A stretch of DNA of 63,684 nucleotides, counting the filler, from Nitrospiraceae bacterium (GTDB lineage: Bacteria; Nitrospirota; Nitrospiria; Nitrospirales; Nitrospiraceae): the NCBI GenBank assembly GCA_037442105.1. It is 3 parts of 3 records of this genome, joined end to end, with 100 filler letters (N's around TTAATTAATTAA, not from the genome) between each part and the next. Parts side by side here need not be neighbours in the genome. Positions count along the whole stretch, not along the records: positions 9,080 to 38,475 come from JBBIQV010000037.1; 2 more parts are not named here. One strand, given 5' to 3'. Below are positions 10,553 through 20,164 of this stretch, piece by piece; position 1 is the first letter of the stretch, and each line of letters opens with the position of its first letter. The notes below the pieces were generated by a model. It was not told the DNA's origin, ran no database searches, and saw only the letters and a program-made list of their open reading frames with translations. A program made the position numbers and the translations under genes.

Positions 10553-12060
10553 GCCTTGACCTCAGTCGCCGGGAAGTTCCCTTCATTCGCCATAGCATAG
10601 GCCCTCCGTAGATCAAGCGCTTCCCGTTCCGCCAGTGGGAGGATCATTGGCACCCGATCGGCTATGAAGCGAACAAACCGTTCGACCTTCAGCAAGAAAA
10701 AGTCATACGGTACCGTGACCGGTCGCGGCTCTCGGAACCAGTCGGAGACGAAATCCGACAGGTTGACACCTTTTTCCTCTACCGCTCGGCAGCTCTCCGG
10801 GAACATATCCCGCAGCTCTCCTCCCCAATGCAGGATTTCATGGGGCAGATAGACGGCCTGGTATTCGCCGAGATCTTCGTATGACCAGGAAGGATGCAAG
10901 AGACCGGAGGCGTGAGGATCAAGCCGGCCGGAGGCCATCTTCGCATACCGTTCATAGTCTCGCCGCAACGCACATCTCACATCCTCGTTGGCCTCACGAC
11001 TCGCCTCGCTCTCGCTCCGGCCGGCGGCCGACTGTTTTGGCTTAATCGGCGCCTGCTCCCTTCGCTGCCAGACTTGCCCGAACCGGTCACACAGCCGCGT
11101 AAACTCTTGAACGGTGCGCGGAATCGGTTTCGTATCGACCTCAAGAGCAATGCCCTTCAAATTCGTCAGGCGCGGATTGTCCAACACCTGCCCCAACAAG
11201 TTGAACAACACCATAGGAATCGGCGCTCCGTGAGCATCAATCCACCGAGGAGGAACGTCCTGTGGCTCCCCCGCCTGAACGGTCTCTTGTGAATCGCGTA
11301 AGTCTTCCGGCTCCTCCGGTTGTCTTCCCCACTCTGCGAGACCGGCCAAGTGGATCTCCACGACTCGCTCCATCGGGAAATCGTTCAAGAAGCCATCGAC
11401 AAAAGTTTTGAGAGACTGTTGCCGCCATGCGTCTGTGTAACGATAAACGGTCCAGAGATGGCCGATGTCCAAGACCAGTCCGCATGATGCCTGGTCCGTG
11501 ATCCACGTGAAGAAGGTCGGGATCGGCGATGTCCCAACGCCGAAATAGGTCAGCGGCGGAATTTCGAGCAAGAGCAGTGATCCTGGGAGACCCCCCTGAC
11601 CAAGCACACGGTCCAGATAGCATTGAACGGTACGAGCGTTCTCTGCCGTAACGGCAGCACTCTCTCTTGTATACAAGGGAGGCAGATACGTCCCAAAGGA
11701 ATACCCGGCCATCTGTTTCGAGGCACACTCCACCGTCATCCAAGGGCTTGCCAACGTCCGAAGATGGGTCGTGGCTGTCGTGAGTTCCTCCTCAACCGAG
11801 GGAACGCAGGCAAAATCCGGTTGCGTGACCCAGAGTCCTTCCCCGTGGTAGGTCAGCCTAGTGGACGGAAGCCGGCTCCGCACCTGTTCAATCGCTTTCT
11901 CTGTAGCCTTGAAGACCTCAAGATACCCCACATTCAACCGTCGAGTTGCCAACGTTTCTATCAACTCCGCAAGATCCGGTTGATACACATCCACGGACAA
12001 ACCCAGCCCCTGCGCAGGTAACTGATTCACGCGTTTCATGAACTCGGAGTGAATTCCCAC
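10549..12060 (-). CDS. DUF692 / multinuclear non-heme iron oxidative enzyme (MNIO) with C-terminal extension
   Basis: 'GLGL', 'YHGEGL', 'YLPP', 'LLLE', 'CGLVLDIGH', 'VEIHLAG', 'IDAH', 'ALEVD'; GGAGG RBS upstream of GTG; ATGA overlap with dus. Confidence 0.8.
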   Translation of the reverse strand: MGIHSEFMKRVNQLPAQGLGLSVDVYQPDLAELIETLATRRLNVGYLEVFKATEKAIEQVRSRLPSTRLTYHGEGLWVTQPDFACVPSVEEELTTATTHLRTLASPWMTVECASKQMAGYSFGTYLPPLYTRESAAVTAENARTVQCYLDRVLGQGGLPGSLLLLEIPPLTYFGVGTSPIPTFFTWITDQASCGLVLDIGHLWTVYRYTDAWRQQSLKTFVDGFLNDFPMERVVEIHLAGLAEWGRQPEEPEDLRDSQETVQAGEPQDVPPRWIDAHGAPIPMVLFNLLGQVLDNPRLTNLKGIALEVDTKPIPRTVQEFTRLCDRFGQVWQRREQAPIKPKQSAAGRSESEASREANEDVRCALRRDYERYAKMASGRLDPHASGLLHPSWSYEDLGEYQAVYLPHEILHWGGELRDMFPESCRAVEEKGVNLSDFVSDWFREPRPVTVPYDFFLLKVERFVRFIADRVPMILPLAEREALDLRRAYAMANEGNFPATEVKA

Positions 12061-12366
12061 GCGTTTCGTCCTCCCTAGCTCACCGCACGTTAACTGACAT
12101 CTGTCAGATGACAGCTTGAAAACTTATGAAAAGCCGCGAACCGCCCGGTGCAGCGGCGTATCTGCGACTGTTGCAGAGATGCACACTGAATGACCCGGGT
12201 TAACACAATAGTCGGCGGAACAGGCCTAGTCTATTCGTCAAACCCCTTGTTTGACAAGGGAAGATACGACTCAACTCGCCTTGGGGTGATCTGCTATACT
12301 TGCGTACGTCACAGTACGTCACAACGGTTTTCTGCATAGTTGGGCGCAGCGGCGCTGCACCAGACG

Positions 12367-13158
12367 ATGGGATCGAACCATGACGAAGGCGAAAACCACT
12401 CACGCCGGCCGGCGGCAGGTCAGTGCAGGGCCAGGACATTGGTCTCACATATGATGACTCCAGGTGTCGTACAGATTCCGGGCGACGTCTCGGTCAGCGA
12501 GGCAGCCTTGCTGCTGGAGAAAGAGCAGGTACCCTGTCTTTTGGTAAAGGATACCGAGACCCGCTTCGGTCTCATGACCCCGGCCGATATCGTGAAAAAG
12601 GTCGTGGCACAGGGTCTGGAACCGGAGAACGTCGAAGTTCGCTCGATCATGTCGAAGCCTGTCCGGTTTATCGAATACGATTCCGCGCTCGATGAAGCAT
12701 CGGCGCTTATGGCGTCAGCCGGCGTATCTCTGTTGATCGTGACCCAACAGAATCAGCCGGTGGGCGTACTGACCGCCCGGGACCTCGTGTTGGCTCCTCA
12801 ACGGTGCCAAACCCGTCTTGCAACCACCCTCAGCATCCTGGACGGCCAACAACCTGATGCGAAACACGAAGCGACGATCACCCACCTCAGTCACGCAAGT
12901 GCGACCATCGAGAGCAGTGCGCGGCTTTTACCCGGCACGAGCGTGATCCTCTGCTTCACGATCCCTGGGCTGAACGGCCCCTTTTCCATCCTGGGCACCA
13001 TTCTCAGCAGCGACACCACACCTGCGACTCAGGAGTCCCTGGACCAGCCTCGGAATCCAGGAGTTGACGTCCAGTTCGCGAACATGTCTCCTTCCGACCA
13101 GACTCGAATCAGAGCTTGGGTTCAGCAGCAACGCTCGATTCCGCCGGCACACGCCTGA
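12367..13158 (+). CDS. Tandem CBS domain plus C-terminal PilZ-like domain protein
   Basis: CBS pair ('VSHMMTPGV...GLMTPADIV', 'VGVLTARDL'); C-terminus with RxxxR and 'GVDVQFANMSPSDQTRIRAWV'; start uncertain (12367 or 12451). Confidence 0.8.
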   Translation: MGSNHDEGENHSRRPAAGQCRARTLVSHMMTPGVVQIPGDVSVSEAALLLEKEQVPCLLVKDTETRFGLMTPADIVKKVVAQGLEPENVEVRSIMSKPVRFIEYDSALDEASALMASAGVSLLIVTQQNQPVGVLTARDLVLAPQRCQTRLATTLSILDGQQPDAKHEATITHLSHASATIESSARLLPGTSVILCFTIPGLNGPFSILGTILSSDTTPATQESLDQPRNPGVDVQFANMSPSDQTRIRAWVQQQRSIPPAHA

Positions 13159-13263
13159 GCGTCTGCCATCTTTCCCAGTTTTTGACCGGTCACTGAGTTG
13201 GTTGGTAAAATTTTTACTCTGTGGGAGCTATTAAGCTTTGCCACTCCTAGCCGAAATGGATAC

Positions 13264-14313
13264 ATGATGAAAACTGTGCAGGCACGTCCTCGAATGATCC
13301 CTAGCAACGACGACATGCTGTCGCAGGTTCGCGCCCTTCTGGAACGCCCGGAAGACGACCTCCCGGCAGTGCTGCTGAGAGAGATCCTGGCCGGCGTGCT
13401 GCGGCTGTCCGAGTCGAACCTTCACGCCTTGGATCTCAAGATCGTGAACCGGGCGATCAAGGAGCTTCGGCACGCCTTTGGAGTCTTTCATGGCTATCGG
13501 GATCGGCCCAAAGTCAGCATCTTCGGTTCCGCCCGAACGGCCTCGGATGACCCCAACTACCAGCTTGCCTTTCGCTTCGCCAGACGAATCGTACAGGAAG
13601 GCTACATGGTCATCACTGGCGGCGCCGATGGTATCATGCGGGCCTGCCAGGAAGGAGCCGGACGGGAGAATAGTTTCGGCGTGAATATCATGCTGCCGTT
13701 CGAGCAGGGGCCCAATTCGGTCATCGCCGATGATCCCAAGCTTGTGACGTTCAAATATTTCTTCACGCGCAAGCTGATGTTCCAGAAAGAAGCCAATGCG
13801 ATCGCTCTGTTTCCAGGCGGCTTCGGCACGCATGACGAAGGCTTTGAAATCCTCACGCTCGCCCAGACAGGCAAGAGTGATCCCCAGCCGATCGTCTGCT
13901 TGCAAGCGCCGGGCTGCAATTATTGGACTCAGTGGCACTCCTTCATAACAGAGCAAATGCTGCACCGCCACCTCATCAATCCGGAAGATCTGAGCCTCTT
14001 CAAGATCGTGGAGACCGAGGAAGCCGCGGTAGCTGAGATCACCACCTTCTATCGTCGATACCACTCCCTCCGGTTCGTCGGTCGCCAGTTGGCCGTGCGA
14101 TTGACACGACCCCTGAACGAAGACCAAGTGGCAGAGCTGCATACATCCTTCCACGACTTGCTCAGCGAGGGAACATTCGAACAACGCGAACCTCTCGCCG
14201 AAGAGCTGGATGAGCCAGCCCTTAAAGATTTCCCGCGGCTGGTCTTCCAGTTCAATCGGCGCAGCGCCGGCAGGCTGAGACAGCTCATCGATCACGTCAA
14301 CGCACTTCCCTAG
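13264..14313 (+). CDS. LOG family Rossmann-fold nucleotide phosphoribohydrolase
   Basis: 'VSIFGSAR', 'ITGGADGIM', 'FFTRK', 'PGGFGTHDE'. Confidence 0.9.
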   Translation: MMKTVQARPRMIPSNDDMLSQVRALLERPEDDLPAVLLREILAGVLRLSESNLHALDLKIVNRAIKELRHAFGVFHGYRDRPKVSIFGSARTASDDPNYQLAFRFARRIVQEGYMVITGGADGIMRACQEGAGRENSFGVNIMLPFEQGPNSVIADDPKLVTFKYFFTRKLMFQKEANAIALFPGGFGTHDEGFEILTLAQTGKSDPQPIVCLQAPGCNYWTQWHSFITEQMLHRHLINPEDLSLFKIVETEEAAVAEITTFYRRYHSLRFVGRQLAVRLTRPLNEDQVAELHTSFHDLLSEGTFEQREPLAEELDEPALKDFPRLVFQFNRRSAGRLRQLIDHVNALP

Positions 14314-14479
14314 CAGCCTGTCCGCACACCGCTGCGTCCCTTGCCCTTCGTTGACCGTCGATCCGACTGCACCAGTATCTCGCCGGTATCTCTGCTTATC
14401 CCGCTTCTACGCACCTCATAACCCCCTTTGGTCCAGCACAAGTGTCGTGGTATGCTGTGCGGGAAACAAAGAGGCCGGC

Positions 14480-15346
14480 ATGAGCGCAAAGTTGGATAAA
14501 CCAGCCACCGTAGTCTTCTACCATGCGGAATGTGCCGATGGGTTCGGCGCCGCCTGGGCCATCTGGAAGCGATTTCCCTCGACGAAGTTTGTTGCCGTCA
14601 AACACGGGGATCCACCGCCGCTACTGGAACTCACTGGGCAACGGATCCTGATCGTCGACTTCAGTTACCCCAGGCCGGTGCTCGAGGCCATGGCCGAAGA
14701 AGCAGAATCTCTCCTGGTCCTTGACCATCACATTACCGCCGAACAGGCGTTGGCCGGCCTTCCATTCGCGTACTTCGACCAAAAGAAATCCGGGGCTGTG
14801 CTCGCCTGGGAATGGGCGCACACGGAGCCGGCACCGTGGCTACTCCAATACATTCAGGACAAAGACCTCTGGCAATGGGCCCTGCCGGCCAGCCGAGAGA
14901 TCAACGCCGCGCTCGCCTCCTATCCGTTCGATTTCCACCTCTGGGATCGCTTCAAGCAACATGAGTTGGAACAGGAAGGGCGGGCGATTCTGCGATACGA
15001 AAACGAGCTGGTGGGGAAACTAGCGGCGCAGGCCGAGATGATGGAGTTTCAAGGGCAGACCGTGCCCGCCGTCCAGAGCGCAATTCTGACCAGTCAAATC
15101 GGCGAACGGCTCTCGCCCGATCATCCGTTCTGCATCATCTGGCATGACCGCAACGGTCGACGTTATTACAGCATGCGTTCGCGCGAGGACGGGACCGACG
15201 TTGGATCCATCGCCGCATCGTTTGGCGGAGGGGGACACACTCATGCGGCCGGGTTTTCAGTTCCGTTGAACGGCGATGAATCACCCGTCAATCACCACAC
15301 ACTTCCTCAGCCGGTTTCCGCCAGAAAGAAGAACGCGCCCTCGTGA
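14480..15346 (+). CDS. DHH/DHHA1 family phosphoesterase
   Basis: 'YHAECADG', 'IVDF', 'LDHH', 'GGGGHTHAAG'. Confidence 0.88.
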   Translation: MSAKLDKPATVVFYHAECADGFGAAWAIWKRFPSTKFVAVKHGDPPPLLELTGQRILIVDFSYPRPVLEAMAEEAESLLVLDHHITAEQALAGLPFAYFDQKKSGAVLAWEWAHTEPAPWLLQYIQDKDLWQWALPASREINAALASYPFDFHLWDRFKQHELEQEGRAILRYENELVGKLAAQAEMMEFQGQTVPAVQSAILTSQIGERLSPDHPFCIIWHDRNGRRYYSMRSREDGTDVGSIAASFGGGGHTHAAGFSVPLNGDESPVNHHTLPQPVSARKKNAPS

Positions 15347-15356
15347 CTACCACTCA

Positions 15357-16067
15357 ATGATCCCCCTCCACGACGACAATCCTACCGAGATCACACCCTT
15401 TGTCACTGTTACGCTGATCGCCTCCTGCGCCCTTGTCTTTTTCTACCAGTCGACGCTCTCGACAGAGCCGGGCCGGACGTTCGTGTTCCAATACGGCGCG
15501 ATTCCCGCACTCGTTTTCGGCCGGGCGGAAGCCCCGTCGGAGCTGGCCGGCATTCCTCCCTATGCCACGCTGCTAACAAGCATGTTCCTGCACGGAGGCT
15601 GGCTGCATCTCATCGGCAACATGCTGTACCTGTGGATATTCGGCAACAACATTGAAGATGTGATGGGGCACGCCAAGTTCGTGCTCTTCTATATCACCTG
15701 CGGCATCCTCGCGGCACTGAGCCACGCGCTGACCGATCCCTCCTCGACTATTCCCATGGTTGGTGCCAGCGGCGCCATTTCCGGCGTGCTGGGCGCCTAC
15801 CTGCTCCTGTTTCCGCGCGCGCGGGTTCTCGTTTTCATTCCCATGGGTTTCGCCTCGCGGACGATGTACGTCCCGGCAGGCGTTGTGTTAGGGTTGTGGT
15901 TCGTGATGCAGTTGCTGAGCGGGGGAATGAGCCTGAACACGGAAGGTGGCGGTGTCGCCTTCTTCGCTCACGTCGGTGGATTCATCGCGGGGATGTTGCT
16001 CATCGGCCTCTTCAAGCGGGCGGACGTGCAATTCTTCGCTCCAGCCAGACGCCACATCTGGCGGTGA
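15357..16067 (+). CDS. Rhomboid family intramembrane serine protease
   Basis: 'MIPLHDDNP', 'FLHGGWLHLIGNM', catalytic 'GASG' and 'AHVGG'. Confidence 0.93.
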   Translation: MIPLHDDNPTEITPFVTVTLIASCALVFFYQSTLSTEPGRTFVFQYGAIPALVFGRAEAPSELAGIPPYATLLTSMFLHGGWLHLIGNMLYLWIFGNNIEDVMGHAKFVLFYITCGILAALSHALTDPSSTIPMVGASGAISGVLGAYLLLFPRARVLVFIPMGFASRTMYVPAGVVLGLWFVMQLLSGGMSLNTEGGGVAFFAHVGGFIAGMLLIGLFKRADVQFFAPARRHIWR

Positions 16068-16098
16068 AGACATGTCTTACCCGAAAGACTTGTATCGG

Positions 16099-17955
16099 TC
16101 AGGCGGCATCGAGCACATCTCGAACTGTTCGCAGAAGGACATCCTGGCGGTAGGGACGCTGGAGGACGAACTGGGGGCGAATCCGGTGGTGCGTCATGGC
16201 TTCGTCCGAGTAGCCTGACACGAACAGCGCTTTCATGCCGGGACGCTGGGAGACAAGCCTCTGGGAGAGTTCGTGTCCATTGATCTCCGGCATGACCAGT
16301 TGACTGATGGCCATGTGAATCGACCCCGTGTGTTGCTGCGCCACCAGCAACGCTTCGACAGGCGAGGCCGCTTCCAGCACCTGATATTTGTGACGAGCGA
16401 GTGCGGAGGCTGCAAATTTCCTGAGCAATTCATCTTGCTCGACGAGCAACACGGTCTCGTTCCCATTGGCCATCACCGCCCGATTAGGCTCACCCTGCTG
16501 CACACGACTCGTAGAATCGGCCTGCGGAAGATAGATATGGAACGTGGTGCCGTGCCCCGGCTTGCTGTCCACCTCCAGATTCCCGCCCAACTGCCTGACA
16601 ATGCCGTAGACGGTCGGCAGGCCTAGCCCCACACCGGCTGATTTTGTGGAGAAAAATGGTTCAAACATGCGCGCCTGGATTTCCGGCGTAATCCCTCGTC
16701 CTGTGTCCGAGACCGTAAATCTAACCATTTTGGTAGGCGAAGGAGTCTCGCGCATTGCGGTCGACGACAACGGCCGTTTGACCTGCTTCGTCTCGACGAC
16801 CACATGTCCGCCGTTCGGCATAGCGTCACGTGCATTGATAACCAGATGAAGCAGGACCAGTTCGATTTGCTCACGATCCGCATAGACCATGGCCGGTTTC
16901 GGATCGAGATCCAGCCGGAGATCGATGTTGTTGGGGAGGAGCCCCTCCAGCAAACCCTGTAGTTCGGACACGATCAGATGGAGCGGCACGGGCTCGCGTA
17001 GCCGATTATCGGCCAAATTAAGGGAGACCAACTGAGCCGTCAACGCAGCAGCCCGTTCGCCGGCCCTGAAGATGTCTTCAACCGGCTGGTAGAGCGGGTC
17101 GTTGGGTTTAAGTTTCGACAGAATCACCCCCGTCTGGCTCCCGACCACCGTCAGCAGTTGGCCAAACTCTTTCGCCATCCCTCCCGCAATCCGGCCGAAG
17201 GCCTCCATTTTCTGCGCGTCGCGGAGCTGGCGTTCTAAACCCTGCCGCTCGATAGCACCCGCCTGGATTTCCGTATTGGCCTTCGAGAGGTCCTGCCGCA
17301 GTCCTGTCACGCGAGATTCGAGTTGCTCGCGCGTGGATAGCAAGACCTTCTCCGTCTCTCGCAGCTTATCGACGTCCCGGGTCAGGCTCGTCTTCACCCT
17401 CCGCTCCAGCGTGAGGCTCTCCAGTATGACCCCATAAAAGACAGCCATCACCAGGAGAACCGGAATGCCCATCAGATGTCCGACTGAGAGGAGACCGGTC
17501 TCAAGCACACTTTCGTAGAGCAACACCCCGTAGCCGGCGCAGACGACTAAAGAGAGTCCCAACATCTGGCCCAGCGTCCGCGCAGATGCGGCGAGCAGTA
17601 CCAGAAGAAAGTAGGAAAAATACAACTCGGTCCTCGCATTCCCTGAAAGATAAATCGTTGCCGTGACCGCGATTGTGTTGAGGGTAACAAGCACGCTGGG
17701 CAGCCACGTCGATGCCAGCATCACTTTCGGAAGAATAACAACAGCCAAAATTACCAGCATGAGCCCCGCAACCAGAATCTCGCTGATGGGACGGCCGACG
17801 ATCGACTCTTCCCCATATATCAATTGGTAGGACAACATAATACTGACAAGGCTCTGAAGAAGGACGTAGCGGGACCGAGGGGCGTTGAACAATCGAGCCA
17901 GGCCAGAGGCTGTTGCGGGACAGGAAAGAACGTCAGCAGAGGTTGTGATGTTCAC
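16099..17955 (-). CDS. Membrane-bound hybrid histidine kinase/receiver-like protein with degenerate phosphoacceptors
   Basis: About six TM helices, coiled coil, HisKA-like, HATPase_c (N, G1, F, G2 boxes intact), receiver fold; H-box His and receiver Asp replaced. Confidence 0.88.
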   Translation of the reverse strand: MNITTSADVLSCPATASGLARLFNAPRSRYVLLQSLVSIMLSYQLIYGEESIVGRPISEILVAGLMLVILAVVILPKVMLASTWLPSVLVTLNTIAVTATIYLSGNARTELYFSYFLLVLLAASARTLGQMLGLSLVVCAGYGVLLYESVLETGLLSVGHLMGIPVLLVMAVFYGVILESLTLERRVKTSLTRDVDKLRETEKVLLSTREQLESRVTGLRQDLSKANTEIQAGAIERQGLERQLRDAQKMEAFGRIAGGMAKEFGQLLTVVGSQTGVILSKLKPNDPLYQPVEDIFRAGERAAALTAQLVSLNLADNRLREPVPLHLIVSELQGLLEGLLPNNIDLRLDLDPKPAMVYADREQIELVLLHLVINARDAMPNGGHVVVETKQVKRPLSSTAMRETPSPTKMVRFTVSDTGRGITPEIQARMFEPFFSTKSAGVGLGLPTVYGIVRQLGGNLEVDSKPGHGTTFHIYLPQADSTSRVQQGEPNRAVMANGNETVLLVEQDELLRKFAASALARHKYQVLEAASPVEALLVAQQHTGSIHMAISQLVMPEINGHELSQRLVSQRPGMKALFVSGYSDEAMTHHRIRPQFVLQRPYRQDVLLRTVRDVLDAA

Positions 17956-18148
17956 GGTCGATCCATTCTCTTAACCTACCGGAGAAGAACCAGCAAATTC
18001 TATACCGATCACAAGCTCCTCAGAACCTCTCAGTTTTGATTACTAATGGGCACGAGCATAACCCATGCTGCTATGCAGCCCCCTACAGAAGTTCACAAAA
18101 TGGAACAACTCGAGTCCGGAGAGGGATGGGGATGACAGGAAGGCCTGG

Positions 18149-19363
18149 CTACAAACGGCCCTCACGTTCTTTCAATGCCGGATTTTGTTTCAAAAACATA
18201 TCCTGAAATCGGAGGGCCAGGTCGCGAGCCGATTCCACCTTATCAGCCATAAACGTCACATGCCCCATTTTTCGGCCAGGGCGGATGGTCCGCTTCCCAT
18301 AAAGATGCAACACGGCGCCCGGCGTCCCGAACAGCGCCAGTCCTCCTCGGCCTGTTCGCGCGCTGGTCACTTCTTCGCCGATGAGATTCAGCATGACAGC
18401 CGGAGTCAAGAGACGCACTTCCCCGAGAGGCAGCCCACAGACCGCTCGTACCTGTTGCTCGAACTGCGAAACCGAACAGGCATCGAGCGTGTAATGGCCG
18501 GAGTTGTGAGGACGCGGCGCCACCTCGTTGATGAACAGCGCACCGTCCGGCATCAGAAACATTTCAATGCAAAATACGCCGACGCCTTCCAGCGTCGTGA
18601 CCACCTGTCGAGCCAATGTCGTAGCTTTTTCCGCAACGGAGGCCGAGATGGACGCCGGCACTTGGGACAGACGCAGGATCCCGTCTTCGTGCACGTTCTC
18701 CGCCACCGGATAGACCCGGCATGCGCCGTCGCTCCCGCGGACGACCAAAACAGAAAGCTCCCGCTCGAACCGAAGCAATGATTCGATGATCCACCGGGCA
18801 CCGGGACGCGTGATCTGACGCAGCTGCTGCTGCACGTGAGGCAGATCCCTGCGAGCGGCCATCTGCCACTGTCCCTTACCGTCATACCCGGCCGTCGCCG
18901 TCTTGCAGATGCAGGGGAATCCCACCCGCTCGGCCGGCGTCAGTTCGTCCGGCGACGACACCGGATGGAACGGCGGTACCGGGAATCGCTGAGATGAAAG
19001 AAACTCCTTTTGCTCCAGCCGATCCTGTAACAGGCGCAGGACACGGGAGCTCGGTCGCACAGGGAAGCTCCCCTCTAACGTTTCACACAAAGTGGCGGGC
19101 ACATTTTCCCATTCGTAGGTCACAGCCTGGATCTGTTGGGAAAAGCGGGAGAGGGTTTCGCGATCGTTGAAGGGGGCCGCAAAGGACGCATCGGCTACGT
19201 GGTGGGCCGGAGCGTCGCCATCCGGATCCCAAACTGCGATCCTGTAGCCCAAACGGCGACCGGCCAACGCAAACATCGCACCTAGCTGCCCGCCGCCCAG
19301 AACGCCGAGCGTGGAACCTGGTTCGATGACGTGATGGGCAACGGATGACGGGTGATGGGACAT
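18149..19363 (-). CDS. purK: N5-carboxyaminoimidazole ribonucleotide synthase
   Basis: 'GGGQLG', 'GYDGKGQ', 'NEVAPRPHNSGH', 'RKMGH'. Confidence 0.96.
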   Translation of the reverse strand: MSHHPSSVAHHVIEPGSTLGVLGGGQLGAMFALAGRRLGYRIAVWDPDGDAPAHHVADASFAAPFNDRETLSRFSQQIQAVTYEWENVPATLCETLEGSFPVRPSSRVLRLLQDRLEQKEFLSSQRFPVPPFHPVSSPDELTPAERVGFPCICKTATAGYDGKGQWQMAARRDLPHVQQQLRQITRPGARWIIESLLRFERELSVLVVRGSDGACRVYPVAENVHEDGILRLSQVPASISASVAEKATTLARQVVTTLEGVGVFCIEMFLMPDGALFINEVAPRPHNSGHYTLDACSVSQFEQQVRAVCGLPLGEVRLLTPAVMLNLIGEEVTSARTGRGGLALFGTPGAVLHLYGKRTIRPGRKMGHVTFMADKVESARDLALRFQDMFLKQNPALKEREGRL

Positions 19364-19416
19364 GCGAAGGGAGAAGATCCGAAAGATGGCTGTGCTACTT
19401 GTTATCCATCACTTCA

Positions 19417-19947
19417 TCACTGTTTCTGCGATTCCGGAGACGATTGGATGGCCGATTGAGTCTGCTCGGCGCGGAACCGGAGCAGTCGTTCACGGATCGC
19501 GCGGTGACGGCCGGCCAGGATTTGTGCTGCAAGCAGCCCCGCATTCTCCGCCCCTCCGATGGCTACCGTTGCCACAGGAATACCGCGCGGCATCTGCACA
19601 ATCGATAACAGCGAGTCCAGACCGCGCAAGTTCTCGGTCGGAATGGGCACCCCGATGACTGGAAGATGTGTCTTTGCAGCGAGCATACCCGGCAGGTGCG
19701 CGGCGCCACCGGCCCCGGCGACGATCACTTCGATCCCCCGTCCTTCCGCTTGTTCGGCATAGGCAAAGAGGCGGTCGGGTGTGCGGTGGGCGGAGACTAC
19801 CAACAACTCGTTGGGAATGCCGAGCGTATCCAGAATGGCCACGGCCTTTTCCAGGACAGGGAAGTCCGACTTACTGCCGCCGAGCACGCCAACCAGTGGA
19901 GAGCCGGTTCGGGAAGCCAACTGGTGTTTCCGTTGTCTGACCGTCAT
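19417..19947 (-). CDS. purE: N5-CAIR mutase
   Basis: 'VSAHRTP', '[10 protein letters not shown]', '[14 protein letters not shown]'. Confidence 0.97.
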   Translation of the reverse strand: MTVRQRKHQLASRTGSPLVGVLGGSKSDFPVLEKAVAILDTLGIPNELLVVSAHRTPDRLFAYAEQAEGRGIEVIVAGAGGAAHLPGMLAAKTHLPVIGVPIPTENLRGLDSLLSIVQMPRGIPVATVAIGGAENAGLLAAQILAGRHRAIRERLLRFRAEQTQSAIQSSPESQKQ

Positions 19948-20013
19948 ATAGCGAGGTGGACCGGTTCAGCGTTCATATATCTACTTACTCTACCCGGCGA
20001 AACCGGCGCGCTC

Positions 20014-20042
20014 ACCATAGCCGTTCTCCGGCAGAGGGTCAA
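20014..20042 (-). promoter_or_regulatory. Putative sigma70 promoter for purEK
   Basis: TTGACC-N17-TATGGT on the minus strand, about 70 nt upstream of purE. Confidence 0.55.
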
Positions 20043-20164
20043 GGTCTCCCAACATGTCCCGCCCGTCGAGGGGGAGCTGGATTCCATCACAATTTGACCG
20101 GCTACCGCAGAATCTTTTATGATGATGTTTATAGGGTCTGTGCGAGAACGCGTCTGGAGCAGGG

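Noticed and set aside
13231..14295. Long antisense ORFs (also 36160-37215, 45260-46330, 55892-56974, 59078-59947, 59987-60808, 61318-61977)
   Set aside because: They shadow well-supported genes on the opposite strand, as expected from GC-rich codon bias, and show no motifs
18065..18781. 238-aa plus-strand ORF
   Set aside because: Antisense to purK, no recognisable domain
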